Assembly (NCBI GenBank): GCA_963666215.2
Contig: CAXWPL010000004.1
Location: 256,001-320,000, forward strand
Origin: Acidobacteriota bacterium
GTDB lineage: Bacteria > Acidobacteriota > UBA890 > WLXD01
DNA: 64,000 nt
Direction of reading: 5' to 3'
Shown in pieces: positions 50,974 to 60,552 of this stretch. The position numbers and the translations under genes were made by a program. How positions within the stretch are numbered: the first letter of the stretch is position 1; every line of letters starts with the position of its first letter. A model generated the notes under the pieces. The model was given only the letters and a program-made list of their open reading frames with translations. It was not told the DNA's origin and made no database searches.

Positions 50974-51660
50974 ATGGACAACAGCATCCGCCTCGTAACG
51001 TTCGACGTTTACACGGCGCTTGCCGATCTCGAGGCCAGCTTGCTGCCTATGCTCGACGAAGTACGCGAGCTTTCGGGCGCCACGTGGGAAGCGGCCGCGC
51101 TGCTCAGCGTATGGCGCGCCAAGCAGATGGAGTACGCGCTGCTGTCGAACTCCCTCGATCGCGGCCGACCGCTGCTGCATGAGCTGACGCTTCGCAGCCT
51201 CCACTATGCCGCCGCTGAAGTGGGCGCCCAGCTCGCGGCGGAAGACGCCGCGGCGCTGCTTGCGGGCTGGGAACACCTCGTGTTGTGGCCCGAGGCGGAG
51301 GAAACGATCGCCGCCGTGCGGCGTCGCGGAACGGAGATCGGTGTTCTGTCGAATGGCGACGAGAACATGCTGGTTGCTCTCGTCGAGCACTGGAAGATCC
51401 CGTTCGATCACATGTTCTCGGCACAATGGGCGCGCGCCTACAAGCCGCGCCCCGAAGTCTATCGTTTGCCGTGCGACGAGCTCGGGCTCGAGCCCGGGCA
51501 GATCCTCCATGTTGCCGGCTCGGCGACCGATGTCATGGGGGCCAAGGCGGCCGGGCTCCGCTGCTACTGGTCGAATCGCGTCGGCGATCGAGTCACCGAC
51601 GCCGCACTCGTGCCCGACTACGAGGCCGAAGACCTCTACGGCCTCCTCGACAACATCTGA
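50974..51660 (+). CDS. HAD type II haloacid dehalogenase-like hydrolase
   Basis: TFDVY, WRAKQMEY, LSNG, YKP, HVAGSATDVMGA. Confidence 0.88.
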   Translation: MDNSIRLVTFDVYTALADLEASLLPMLDEVRELSGATWEAAALLSVWRAKQMEYALLSNSLDRGRPLLHELTLRSLHYAAAEVGAQLAAEDAAALLAGWEHLVLWPEAEETIAAVRRRGTEIGVLSNGDENMLVALVEHWKIPFDHMFSAQWARAYKPRPEVYRLPCDELGLEPGQILHVAGSATDVMGAKAAGLRCYWSNRVGDRVTDAALVPDYEAEDLYGLLDNI

Positions 51661-51677
51661 ACGCCCCGCAGGACCGT

Positions 51678-54600
51678 CTAGCGGCGTTGCCGAGCGCTCT
51701 CGACGAGCTGACTCCGGCAGAGGGTGGCGAACCGGCGCTGTTCGTTGCCGTTCGGAGCACCTTCGGCGCATGCCCGCCACGCCAGCCGTGCCTCGTTCGC
51801 TCGGCCCATTGCCTCGAGCGCGCGACCACGCCAGTACTCTGCCTTGGCCTCGCGCGGTTCGTGCGGACGGCCTACGTTGAGGTTGGCTGGATAGGTGAGC
51901 GCGGCCTCGAAGTTGGCCAGGGCCGCCGATAGGCTCCCCGACTCGAACTGCCGTTTGCCACGCTCGAGGTGGGCGTTCGAGAACACCGCCCAGGAGCCGC
52001 GATTGCCCTCCCAGTTCGAGAAAGAACTGGCCGACAGCATATCGATGGCGTCGCTGTAGCGCTCCACGTCGACGTAGGTCTGGGCGAGCAAGATGGCAAC
52101 GTCACCGCGGCTCGACATCGATCCCGAATCTCCTGCTCCCCCGCCGTCGCCACCGCCAACGCCCGAGCTCTTTTCCAGGACACCGATGGCTTCGTCGTGG
52201 CGCCCCTGCTCAATAAGAACCGTCGCCAGGTCGCGCACCACGACCTGGTCGCTTGGCCGGCCGGCGTGGGCTGTGGCGAGCCAATCCACGGCCGAGGCGA
52301 GGTCACCGTCCAGCTTCCAGGCCACCATGCCGAGATTGCGGGCGGCGAGCGTCAACGACGGGTCGAGGCGAGCGGCCGCCGCCCATGCCACCGGGGCCTC
52401 GGCGAGCCGGCCGAGTCCGGCGAGCAGATTTCCGAGGTAGAGATGTGTGCGCGCGTCGTCGGGCCGCCGGTCGATGGCCCAGCGGAAGACGGTGAGCATC
52501 TCCGGTCGCGACGGGAATACCGCGTCGGCGTCGATCGTCGCCGCCTGTCGAAGCAGCCCGTCGACCCCATCCTCGCTGACTTGCCGACCCGCGTGCGTGG
52601 CCCGTTGGGCCTCGAGCCAGGCAAGCATGTAGAGCGGCAACGGACGCGCGGTGGCACCGCCGCTACGCCCCTCGGTCGACGCTCCAACCCTAGAGCCAGT
52701 CGGCTCGCCCGCAGAACGATTCGGCTCGCCCGCAACTAAGCGGCTGGCGAGCTCGAGGCCGGCGCGTAGCAGCTCAGAGGCTTCGTCGAGGCGCCCGAGA
52801 TCGGCGAAAGCCCACGCCAGCTCCAAGACGGCAAACTCATCCTCCCCAGTGAAGTCCGCGAGGCGCTGCGCAAACGACGCGAGGCCATCCGTCGCTGGTG
52901 CGGAATCGAGGGCGGCGAGCGCCGCCACCGCGTGAGCCACCGGCCGTAGCGTGCCGGAGCTGATCTGGTTGTTCGCCATGCGTTCCGCTTCCTGAGAGCG
53001 TCCCGAGGCGAGCAGGGCGATCATGAGGCCCTCGTTCGCGCGCTCCCGCCCGCCAGCGGCAAGTGCCGCTTCGAACGCCACGACCGCCTCAGCCGCCTCT
53101 CCTCGGCGCATCAACACGCGGCCCGCCAACTCGTGGCCCAGCGCCGCGGTGCCAAAGCGCGCTGCGGCCGCGCGCGCGTGGCTCTCGGCCACGGCGAGCT
53201 CGCCGCGGTGCAAGGCGGCGACTCCTCGCAAGTACCAGCGCATGCCCGCGGGCGTTGAATCCGGGTCGCGCTCCAGCGCCTCGAGCAGACGCGACTCCGC
53301 GGCAACGTAGCGCCCGGCCTCGATGTCGAGGATGGCAAGCGCGGTCAGCGTTGGCGCGTGCCTGGCATCGGTCTCGAGAACGGCGCGATAGAGCTCGCGA
53401 GCTCGCGCGCGGTCGCCCTTGCGATCGGCGTCCTGTCCGCGCAAGTAGAGACGCTCAACGGTCGCAGACGCCGGAGCGCGTCGGCGCGTCGGCGGAGCCT
53501 GATCCGGCACCTGCAGCGGCGAGTCGTACTCGAGAAGCACCCGACCGTCGTGGTCGGTCAGCCGCACGTGCACCCGCTGCGCGGGATCGATCGGCAACCG
53601 CACAACGGCGGGGTGCAGCGGCGAAAGATCGATGGTCTCGGCGTAACGAGCCCGATCCGCATCCGAGGCGAGACCGGCGCCGGACGCAGCGCCGGAGTTG
53701 GCGTCGTCGGAGCCAGGAGTCGTGCTCTGTGGCGTCAGCTCCCACCGCGCTCCGGGTGCCTCGACGGTCGTCAGCAGCCTGAATTCAACTCCTTCTGACG
53801 CGTTCTGCCGACCTCCTCCTGCAACAACACCCGAGGCGAAGGCCGCCGCTCCCCCTCGCCGCTGCACCGCCGCATGGCGAGTGGCGTACTCAAAACCGTC
53901 GCCGAGCCCCGCAACCGGGTACCAGACCTCCTGCCACGAGACCTCCTGGCCCGGGGCGAGAAACGCGAAGTCGGCCTGCGTGGGCAGCGGCCCGCTCTGG
54001 ATTTCGATGTAGGGACCGTCGTTGTCGGTGAGCACCGACTGGCTCGCCAATCCCCCCTCGGCTTGTCCCCATGTCCAGGCCTTCTTGCCGGGCAGTATTC
54101 GATGGTCGGCAACCTGCACAACTCCGTAGTCGCGGTCGACGTCGTAGCCACCGAAGAAATCGAACACGGCGTTGTGCGCAAACACCGACGTTGGCGCGGG
54201 ATAGTTACGCAGCCAGGTCAGGTCGCGACCCTCGTGCTCAGGCCAGGAAAAGAAGTTGACGCCGTCGTGATCGCTGCCCAACGACATGGGATAGATGAAG
54301 CGCGTACCAGGACGGTTGGGGAACGCCGTGTTGTTCCAGAAGTAATACGGATGAAAGCCGTCGGTCGGGTTGAACAGACGAATCCGCTCGTCGAGTGCGG
54401 CGCTGTCGGGGTGCAGCGTCAGGCGCACCTCCCAACCCGTACGGAAGTTCATCTCGGTATTGCCAATCAACAACGAGGCGGAGCCATCGACGTTCTCCAC
54501 AGGGAGGACGTCGACGGGAGAGAAGCTCGTGACCGTGTGCCCCTGGGGCCCGCGATTCCACTCGATGCCAGCCGAGACCCAGGCGCCGCGCAGCGCGATG

Positions 54601-55757
54601 AGACCGGGCTTGATGACTCGATTGCGGTAGAACATCTCCTCGCCGCGCACCTTGTCGTACACCGACTGGATGCGGCCACCGATCTCGGGCAGGCACATCA
54701 CGCGCAGGTAGCGGTTTTCCAGAAACAGCGCGCGATAGGTGCGGTTGACGAGCTCGGTCGAAAGCGAGTCCTGCATCGTGTAGGGGTAGATGGGCGACCC
54801 CTCGAGCTCGAAGAAATGCGGGTTCGGGTCGCTGGCGCGGAGCGGGTAGGTTGGAATGACGACCTCCTCACTCCACACGCGGGTGCCCGAAAGAAGCTCG
54901 CCGTGCTCGTTGCTCGGCCCGGCATCGGCCACCGACTGCGGCTGGGCCGGCGCTTCGAAGACCATCTCGCGGAAAGCCGATGGCACGTGGAAGTCACGCG
55001 GTCGCGTTGGTGACCAGGCGGCGTAAATCGCGCCGCGCTCCGGATCGCTCGAACCTCCGGGACGCTCGATGCGGTAGACGTTGAACCTCCACCGGTCGCC
55101 GGCGACGGGTATCCGCGGTGCCACCGACGATGGCAGGCTCGCCAGCCCCGACCAGGGCAGCAACGCGACCGCGGTCCAACCCGCCGCACCTCCATCCTCG
55201 CCGACGCGCTCGCGCACCTCGCTGCGAAGGCCGGCGAGGTCCCAGTCGATGTCGAGCTTCTTGGCGGGCTCCACGGCCACGACGTGCACGTCGGTGATCA
55301 CGTTGGCGGGGCTGATCTCGACCTCGGCGTAGTGATCGCCCGAGCCGTCGGGATCGAGAAAGATCTCGACGACCTCTTCGTTCCAGAGCGGCCCGTCGTC
55401 GAGCTGTTCGGTGTGCCAGGGATCGGCGTCGTCGACATCGAAGCGAACCCAGAGCCCGTCGGGCGCGCGCAGCGCGGCGAACCTCGTGTGCGCCTCGGCC
55501 GGTCCCCAATCGATGCGCTCGGCCGTCGACCAGGCCTCGTCGTCGCCCGCCCGCAGGGCTTCCGGGGTCGCCACAACAGAGCGCACAGAATATGCGTTGC
55601 TGTCGGCCACGCCTCGGCGCGAAGTCGCGTGCCCCATCTGAGTGGAACGAGCCGAGCTCGACGATCGGTCGGGAGCGGCGCTCGATGGAACGGTGCCGGC
55701 GCAAGCGACCGCGCCAAGGCCGAGCATCCAGCACAGTGTCCTGAACACGATCTTCAT
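51678..55757 (-). CDS. lipoprotein: CBM9-like domain + DUF5107 + TPR array
   Basis: Lipobox-like AVAC; EVVEIFLDP..WRFNVYRI..AWSPT..FHVP; LENRYLRV..PEIGGRI, GKKAWTWG, YIEIQSG; TPRs ending in FSNWEG. Confidence 0.85.
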   Translation of the reverse strand: MKIVFRTLCWMLGLGAVACAGTVPSSAAPDRSSSSARSTQMGHATSRRGVADSNAYSVRSVVATPEALRAGDDEAWSTAERIDWGPAEAHTRFAALRAPDGLWVRFDVDDADPWHTEQLDDGPLWNEEVVEIFLDPDGSGDHYAEVEISPANVITDVHVVAVEPAKKLDIDWDLAGLRSEVRERVGEDGGAAGWTAVALLPWSGLASLPSSVAPRIPVAGDRWRFNVYRIERPGGSSDPERGAIYAAWSPTRPRDFHVPSAFREMVFEAPAQPQSVADAGPSNEHGELLSGTRVWSEEVVIPTYPLRASDPNPHFFELEGSPIYPYTMQDSLSTELVNRTYRALFLENRYLRVMCLPEIGGRIQSVYDKVRGEEMFYRNRVIKPGLIALRGAWVSAGIEWNRGPQGHTVTSFSPVDVLPVENVDGSASLLIGNTEMNFRTGWEVRLTLHPDSAALDERIRLFNPTDGFHPYYFWNNTAFPNRPGTRFIYPMSLGSDHDGVNFFSWPEHEGRDLTWLRNYPAPTSVFAHNAVFDFFGGYDVDRDYGVVQVADHRILPGKKAWTWGQAEGGLASQSVLTDNDGPYIEIQSGPLPTQADFAFLAPGQEVSWQEVWYPVAGLGDGFEYATRHAAVQRRGGAAAFASGVVAGGGRQNASEGVEFRLLTTVEAPGARWELTPQSTTPGSDDANSGAASGAGLASDADRARYAETIDLSPLHPAVVRLPIDPAQRVHVRLTDHDGRVLLEYDSPLQVPDQAPPTRRRAPASATVERLYLRGQDADRKGDRARARELYRAVLETDARHAPTLTALAILDIEAGRYVAAESRLLEALERDPDSTPAGMRWYLRGVAALHRGELAVAESHARAAAARFGTAALGHELAGRVLMRRGEAAEAVVAFEAALAAGGRERANEGLMIALLASGRSQEAERMANNQISSGTLRPVAHAVAALAALDSAPATDGLASFAQRLADFTGEDEFAVLELAWAFADLGRLDEASELLRAGLELASRLVAGEPNRSAGEPTGSRVGASTEGRSGGATARPLPLYMLAWLEAQRATHAGRQVSEDGVDGLLRQAATIDADAVFPSRPEMLTVFRWAIDRRPDDARTHLYLGNLLAGLGRLAEAPVAWAAAARLDPSLTLAARNLGMVAWKLDGDLASAVDWLATAHAGRPSDQVVVRDLATVLIEQGRHDEAIGVLEKSSGVGGGDGGGAGDSGSMSSRGDVAILLAQTYVDVERYSDAIDMLSASSFSNWEGNRGSWAVFSNAHLERGKRQFESGSLSAALANFEAALTYPANLNVGRPHEPREAKAEYWRGRALEAMGRANEARLAWRACAEGAPNGNEQRRFATLCRSQLVESARQRR

Positions 55758-55916
55758 ACTCGAGCTCCGGTGCCTCAGGCTGACAGGCAGAGTGCCGATG
55801 GACGCTGGCGACTCGTCGCGCGATCCTAGCAGCCGCAGCCCCAATCCCGCCTAAAAACGCAGGCCGGAGCGATTTGACCGAACGTTCTGGGTCGCGTCAC
55901 CGTCTAAGCTCCCGAC

Positions 55917-56959
55917 ATGTCCCAGCACGACAGCATCACGAACGACCCCAGCAGCCCACGGTTCGAGGAGGAAACGCGGCGCTACCTGCAGCACCGACTG
56001 CGTCTGCTCGCCGGCGCGGTGGCGCTGCTGACTGCCGTGCTGGGCGTAGCGTTCGTCGCATCGCTGGTTGGGCGCACCGAGGGGCCCGTATGGCGGGTTC
56101 CAATGGAGTTCGCGACCGTATTCCCGAACTCGGTGCTGTTCTGGATGATCGTGTCGACCGCCACGATTTTCGAAATGCTGCGCCGCCGCGCCTGGTCGCC
56201 GCCTTGGCTCGCGGTCATCGACGGAGCCCTGCTGCTGGCGCTGATCGCCCCTTGCCTGATCCTCTACGGCCTGCTGCATTCGTACTCGTGGTCGGGATTC
56301 TCGGCGGTTATCCCCTTCCTGACTCTGTTCGTGCTGGCGCGTCCGAAGCTCACGGCCTGAGGCTCGTGCACCGCGACGTGAAGCCGGCGAACATCGCGTT
56401 GTGCGAGCGCGGCGGTGAGTTCGACATCGTCAAGCTGCTCGACTTCGGGCTCGTGAGGGAGCTGCGCACGGGAAACGGCGACTCGTCGGACCAGCTCTTC
56501 GCCGGCACACCCGAAACGATGCCGCCGGAGGCCACCAATCCGTCCGCGATCGGTCCGCGATCCGACCTCTACTCACTCGGTTGTGTGGGTTACCACCTGC
56601 TGACGGGCGAGCCCGTCTTCGGTGGCGGCGACACCACGGGTGTGATCGCGCGTCACCGCACCGAAACCCCACCGCTGCCGTCGACCGTTCAGGGCGGTAT
56701 ACTCGCCGACCTCGAAGCGATCGTGATGCGGTGCTTGGCCAAGAACATCGATCAGCGACCGCTGAGCGCGGCCGCGATGCGCGATCAGTTGGCGGCCTGC
56801 GCCGACGCTGACGCATGGAAACAGGCCGACGCGCGCAGATGGTGGGCGAAGCATCCGCAGCTGTTGAAGTCGGAAACCGACGGGGAAGGCACGCCGCGAA
56901 GCTCCGGGTTGACCAGCGCGTTGACGATTGTGGCGCTCGACCCACCGACGCCCGATTGA
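55917..56959 (+). pseudogene. membrane Ser/Thr protein kinase with internal deletion
   Basis: TM N-terminus is joined out of frame near 56340 to EAHG..HRDVKPAN..DFG..PE..SDLYSLG. Gly-loop and VAxK are absent. Confidence 0.85.
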
Positions 56960-57097
56960 TACCGGGCAAGTTGCCTGTGGAGCGTCAGGCGGAGCCGCGA
57001 GCGCGGCTCGCCGCGCTAGAGCAGAGGTTATGATCGCCGGCAGCGTCAACTGACAGCACATCGTGCGCAACCCGCAAGCACCCGGCTCGAGGAACAC

Positions 57098-57604
57098 ATG
57101 CGGTACCCGATTCTCTTCGCAATTTTGACTGGCCTCTGCTGGGGCTTCTACGGGCCCACGCTCGCCGAAGCTCGAGCCTCACTGCAGAGCCCGTTCAAGC
57201 CGTACTTCGCGATTGGCATCGCCTATCTCGTTTGGGCAACGGTCGGCGGCCTGATCGGCATGCGAATCAACGGCGACGCGCTGACGTTCACCGGCTCCGG
57301 CTTTTCGTGGGGGTTCGCCGCCGGCACGCTGGGAGCTTGGGGCGCGCTGACGCTCACACTGGCGATGTTCTCCGGCGGCACGGCGATGCCGCAAATCGTC
57401 ATGCCTATTGTCTTCGGCACAGCGGTGACGGTGGCGGCGTTGACGGCGCTGGCCACGGTGAGGAACGCTCAAGCGAGCCCCGGCCTGCTGGTCGGGATTC
57501 TTCTCGTATTTGTCGGTATCGTATTGGTGGCGTACAACACGCCTCATGCTGGTCCGCCAGGCGCCGCTCGCACCGCGGTCGCTTCAGACCGGTCCGGATC
57601 GTGA
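57098..57604 (+). CDS. small DMT/EamA-like membrane protein
   Basis: About 5 TM segments; LCWGFYGP, MPIVFG; GAGG RBS. Confidence 0.72.
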   Translation: MRYPILFAILTGLCWGFYGPTLAEARASLQSPFKPYFAIGIAYLVWATVGGLIGMRINGDALTFTGSGFSWGFAAGTLGAWGALTLTLAMFSGGTAMPQIVMPIVFGTAVTVAALTALATVRNAQASPGLLVGILLVFVGIVLVAYNTPHAGPPGAARTAVASDRSGS

Positions 57605-57648
57605 ACCACCGCAGCTCGCAAGTCCGCGAACTCGAATGGAGGAACCCG

Positions 57649-58185
57649 ATGAACCAGCCCACCAGCCTGATTTTCCGCAGCACCCACGGACGTAGGTTCC
57701 TGATTGCTGTCGTCGTCACCTTCGGGCTCGTCGCGGCAGGCTGCGCCGCGGAGGGCGACACCGGAGGCTCAACGAGCGCGGTCCGCTCCACACCGGCGCA
57801 GTTGGTCGATGCCGGCGGTACGCATGTGACCATGTACCAGAATCCGAGCTGCGGCTGCTGCGGCAAATGGGCGAGCCACATGACGGCCAACGGCTTCGAC
57901 GTTGAGATCATCAAGATGTCGAGCATCGGCGACATCAAGGAGGAGCACGGTCTCAACGCGGCGATCGCCTCTTGTCACACGGCGCTGGTTGACGGCTACG
58001 TCGTCGAGGGCCATGTGCCGGCCGATCTCGTTCTCAAGATGCTCGAGGAGCGTCCGGAGGTTGTCGGCATCACCGCTCCCGGCATGCCCGCTGGGTCGCC
58101 CGGCATGGAGTCGGACCACCCCGAGTCGTACCACGTGCTGACGTTCGACGCGGAAGGCAACACGAAGCTCTTCGCCGCCAGGTGA
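57649..58185 (+). CDS. DUF411 (CopG-like) metal-binding lipoprotein
   Basis: Lipobox AAGC; PSCGCCGKW, SCHTA, EGHVP, PGMPAGSPGME. Confidence 0.92.
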   Translation: MNQPTSLIFRSTHGRRFLIAVVVTFGLVAAGCAAEGDTGGSTSAVRSTPAQLVDAGGTHVTMYQNPSCGCCGKWASHMTANGFDVEIIKMSSIGDIKEEHGLNAAIASCHTALVDGYVVEGHVPADLVLKMLEERPEVVGITAPGMPAGSPGMESDHPESYHVLTFDAEGNTKLFAAR

Positions 58186-58544
58186 TGCGCGCGGGGCGCG
58201 GCGCGCCGCTTGCCGCGCTCTATGCCGGTCTGCTCTTGGCGCAGTCTGCCCTCGCACAATCGGGGCAGGTCGCGCTGACCGATCAGGTGAGTGGCACACG
58301 CGCGTTGCTGCAAGCCGTGAGCGTCCGAGCCCGCGCGTCGCTCATCGACCTGCTCAACGAAACTCGCCGCCAGCTCGTTGTCGACTTCGCGATCTGGGCT
58401 GGCGGACGCCCACTCTTCGGCGCCAAGCCAACAGCCTCGGCTGTCGCCCCGGGCCTCTACCATGTGGTGTTGACCGTTGGCGACAAGCGGTTCGTGCAAA
58501 CACTCAGGGTGCGGGCCGATCCGCTGGGCTCGACTCGGCAGTAG
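58182..58544 (+). pseudogene. probable fused remnant of secreted BNR/beta-propeller protein(s)
   Basis: Signal peptide + QVSGTRALLQAVS (propeller start) joined to APGLYHVVLTVG..QTLRVRADP (a typical C-terminus of large BNR hydrolases). Confidence 0.5.
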
Positions 58545-58803
58545 ATGCGGCGTCGCTCGACGGCGGCTGTGCATTGGCGGCGCGACCGACAGCCGACTGC
58601 GCCTTCTCCTTGATCGTCACGAGCCAGCGGCGCGCAAAAGCGAACTCGAGCCCCAGAATCGCCAGCCCCGCCGGAATGACGACGAACGCGGGGCCGGGCA
58701 GGACGAGCAGAGCAAGTCCGATGATCACGACGCTCGCGCCCACGACGGCGACGACGACCCGTCGGGCCGTCTTATAGGTCACGACGATCGTCTCGCGAAG
58801 CAT
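58504..58803 (-). CDS. PGPGW-domain membrane protein
   Basis: LLVLPGPAFVVIPAGLAILGLEF.FARRWL. Confidence 0.88.
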   Translation of the reverse strand: MLRETIVVTYKTARRVVVAVVGASVVIIGLALLVLPGPAFVVIPAGLAILGLEFAFARRWLVTIKEKAQSAVGRAANAQPPSSDAASTAESSPADRPAP

Positions 58804-58928
58804 CGGGCGATGTTACTCGAACAGTGAGAGACGGCGGCGCGGTGGCAATAACCGCGGCACGGCAATAGCCACACGCATGTGGATAGACGGAACACGGGCT
58901 CCGAGAGTTCCCGGGCCGGTCCGCGACG

Positions 58929-59333
58929 TCAGGCCGGTCGCGCCCAATTCAGGCGCTCTAGGAGCTGATGCACGCCCTCTCGAGCCAGCACCAGGGCGTG
59001 CACTTTCATCGGCGGTAACGATCCGAGCACGGCCAGGATCGCCTCTTCGTCGATTCCCCAGGCCACTTCGGCGTCGGCGCCGTTGAGGATCTCGGTTACC
59101 ACCGACGAGGCCGCGATCGCCGCGGCGCAGCCGTAGGCCTTGAAGCGCGCCTCGACAATGCGATCACCGTCGACCCGCGCGCTCAGGCGCAGCATATCGC
59201 CGCACACAGGATTGTGGGCCAGCGAGAAGGCGTCGGGATCCTCGACCTCGCCGAGATAGCGGGGGTTGCGGTAGTGATCTTCGAGGCCGTTGATCAATGG
59301 AGCAGGTGGCTCACCGTCGTCCGTGGGCATCAT
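58929..59333 (-). CDS. IscU/NifU-N-like Fe-S scaffold, atypical
   Basis: DHYRNPR.LG, NPVCGD, FKAYGC, LPPMKVHA. Confidence 0.88.
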   Translation of the reverse strand: MMPTDDGEPPAPLINGLEDHYRNPRYLGEVEDPDAFSLAHNPVCGDMLRLSARVDGDRIVEARFKAYGCAAAIAASSVVTEILNGADAEVAWGIDEEAILAVLGSLPPMKVHALVLAREGVHQLLERLNWARPA

Positions 59334-59538
59334 CGTTCGCAAGCTGAGAGAATAGCGCGGCATTGTCAGGCCCCAACGTAGGGACGGCCACAATCCCGGT
59401 CAAGCATCCCGTCTCCCCTGTTCGCCACGCCCGCAACACGCCCACTGGTGTGGGCAACGCCATCCGGCGACCCTCTCGGAAACCTCGCTGCTTGAAACTC
59501 CTTCGCGCGCTGGCCGTTATAGCGGTGGAGGATTCGCC

Positions 59539-60552
59539 ATGAACGTCCCAGAAAATGTCATCGAAACGAGCGGCCTGACCAAAACCTATGGCGGCGGATT
59601 CGCCACCCGGGTCGAGGCTTTGCGCGGAGTCGATATCAAGGTGGGACCTGGCGAGGCTTTCGGGCTTCTGGGACCCAACGGGGCCGGCAAGACCACTCTC
59701 GTCAAGATCTTGCTCGGGTTGGTGCACGCCACGAGTGGAGGCGCCGAGCTTCTCGGCACGCCAGCCGGCAATCCTGCGGCCCGCATGCGAGTCGGCTACA
59801 TGCCTGAGCGACGGTCCTACCCTGAGTTCCTCACCGCGGCGCAGGTGCTGCAACTATTCGGTCGCATGATCGGGATGTCTCCCGACCTCTTGCGCGCTCG
59901 AATCTCCGCGGTGCTCGAAGAGGTGGAGATGTCGGACTGGCGCGACAGCAAGGTCGGTGGCTTCTCGAAAGGCATGCAACAGCGGCTCGCGCTCGCTCAG
60001 GCGCTCCTCCCCGACCCCGAGCTGTTGTTTCTCGACGAGCCTACCGAGGGAATCGACCCGCTCGGGCGTGTTTCGATTCGCCGCATCCTGCGTCGCAACC
60101 TCGAGAGCGGCAAGAGCCTGTTCGTGAACTCACACATGCTCACCGAGGTCGAGATGCTGTGCGACCGGGTGGCGATTCTGGTGAAGGGCAAAGTCGTGCG
60201 CTCCGGCCCGCTTGCCGATTTGACGTCACCCGTGGCGCAGTACCGCGTAACGGCGGGCACCGAGGACGAGAGCGCGGCACGTGCGGCGCTCGCCGCCGTC
60301 GACGAGGCCGTGGAGTCGCTACCGGCGGCCCCCGGACTGAGCGCCTGGAAGCTCACTGTTACGGATCGCGTGCAGTTGAACGCGGCGCTCGATCGGCTGC
60401 GCGCCGCGCGCATCGAGATCGAAGAGGTACAACGCGTGCGCGCCAGCCTCGAAGAGGTATTCGTGGAAACCATCGCCGCCGCGGCCAAGATCGACAGTGA
60501 CGCGGGGGGCCCCGGTGGCGTCAGGAGCTCCGGCGGAGGGGTGGCCTCATGA
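59539..60552 (+). CDS. ABC transporter ATP-binding protein
   Basis: GPNGAGKTT, FSKGMQQR, LDEP, NSH. Confidence 0.95.
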   Translation: MNVPENVIETSGLTKTYGGGFATRVEALRGVDIKVGPGEAFGLLGPNGAGKTTLVKILLGLVHATSGGAELLGTPAGNPAARMRVGYMPERRSYPEFLTAAQVLQLFGRMIGMSPDLLRARISAVLEEVEMSDWRDSKVGGFSKGMQQRLALAQALLPDPELLFLDEPTEGIDPLGRVSIRRILRRNLESGKSLFVNSHMLTEVEMLCDRVAILVKGKVVRSGPLADLTSPVAQYRVTAGTEDESAARAALAAVDEAVESLPAAPGLSAWKLTVTDRVQLNAALDRLRAARIEIEEVQRVRASLEEVFVETIAAAAKIDSDAGGPGGVRSSGGGVAS

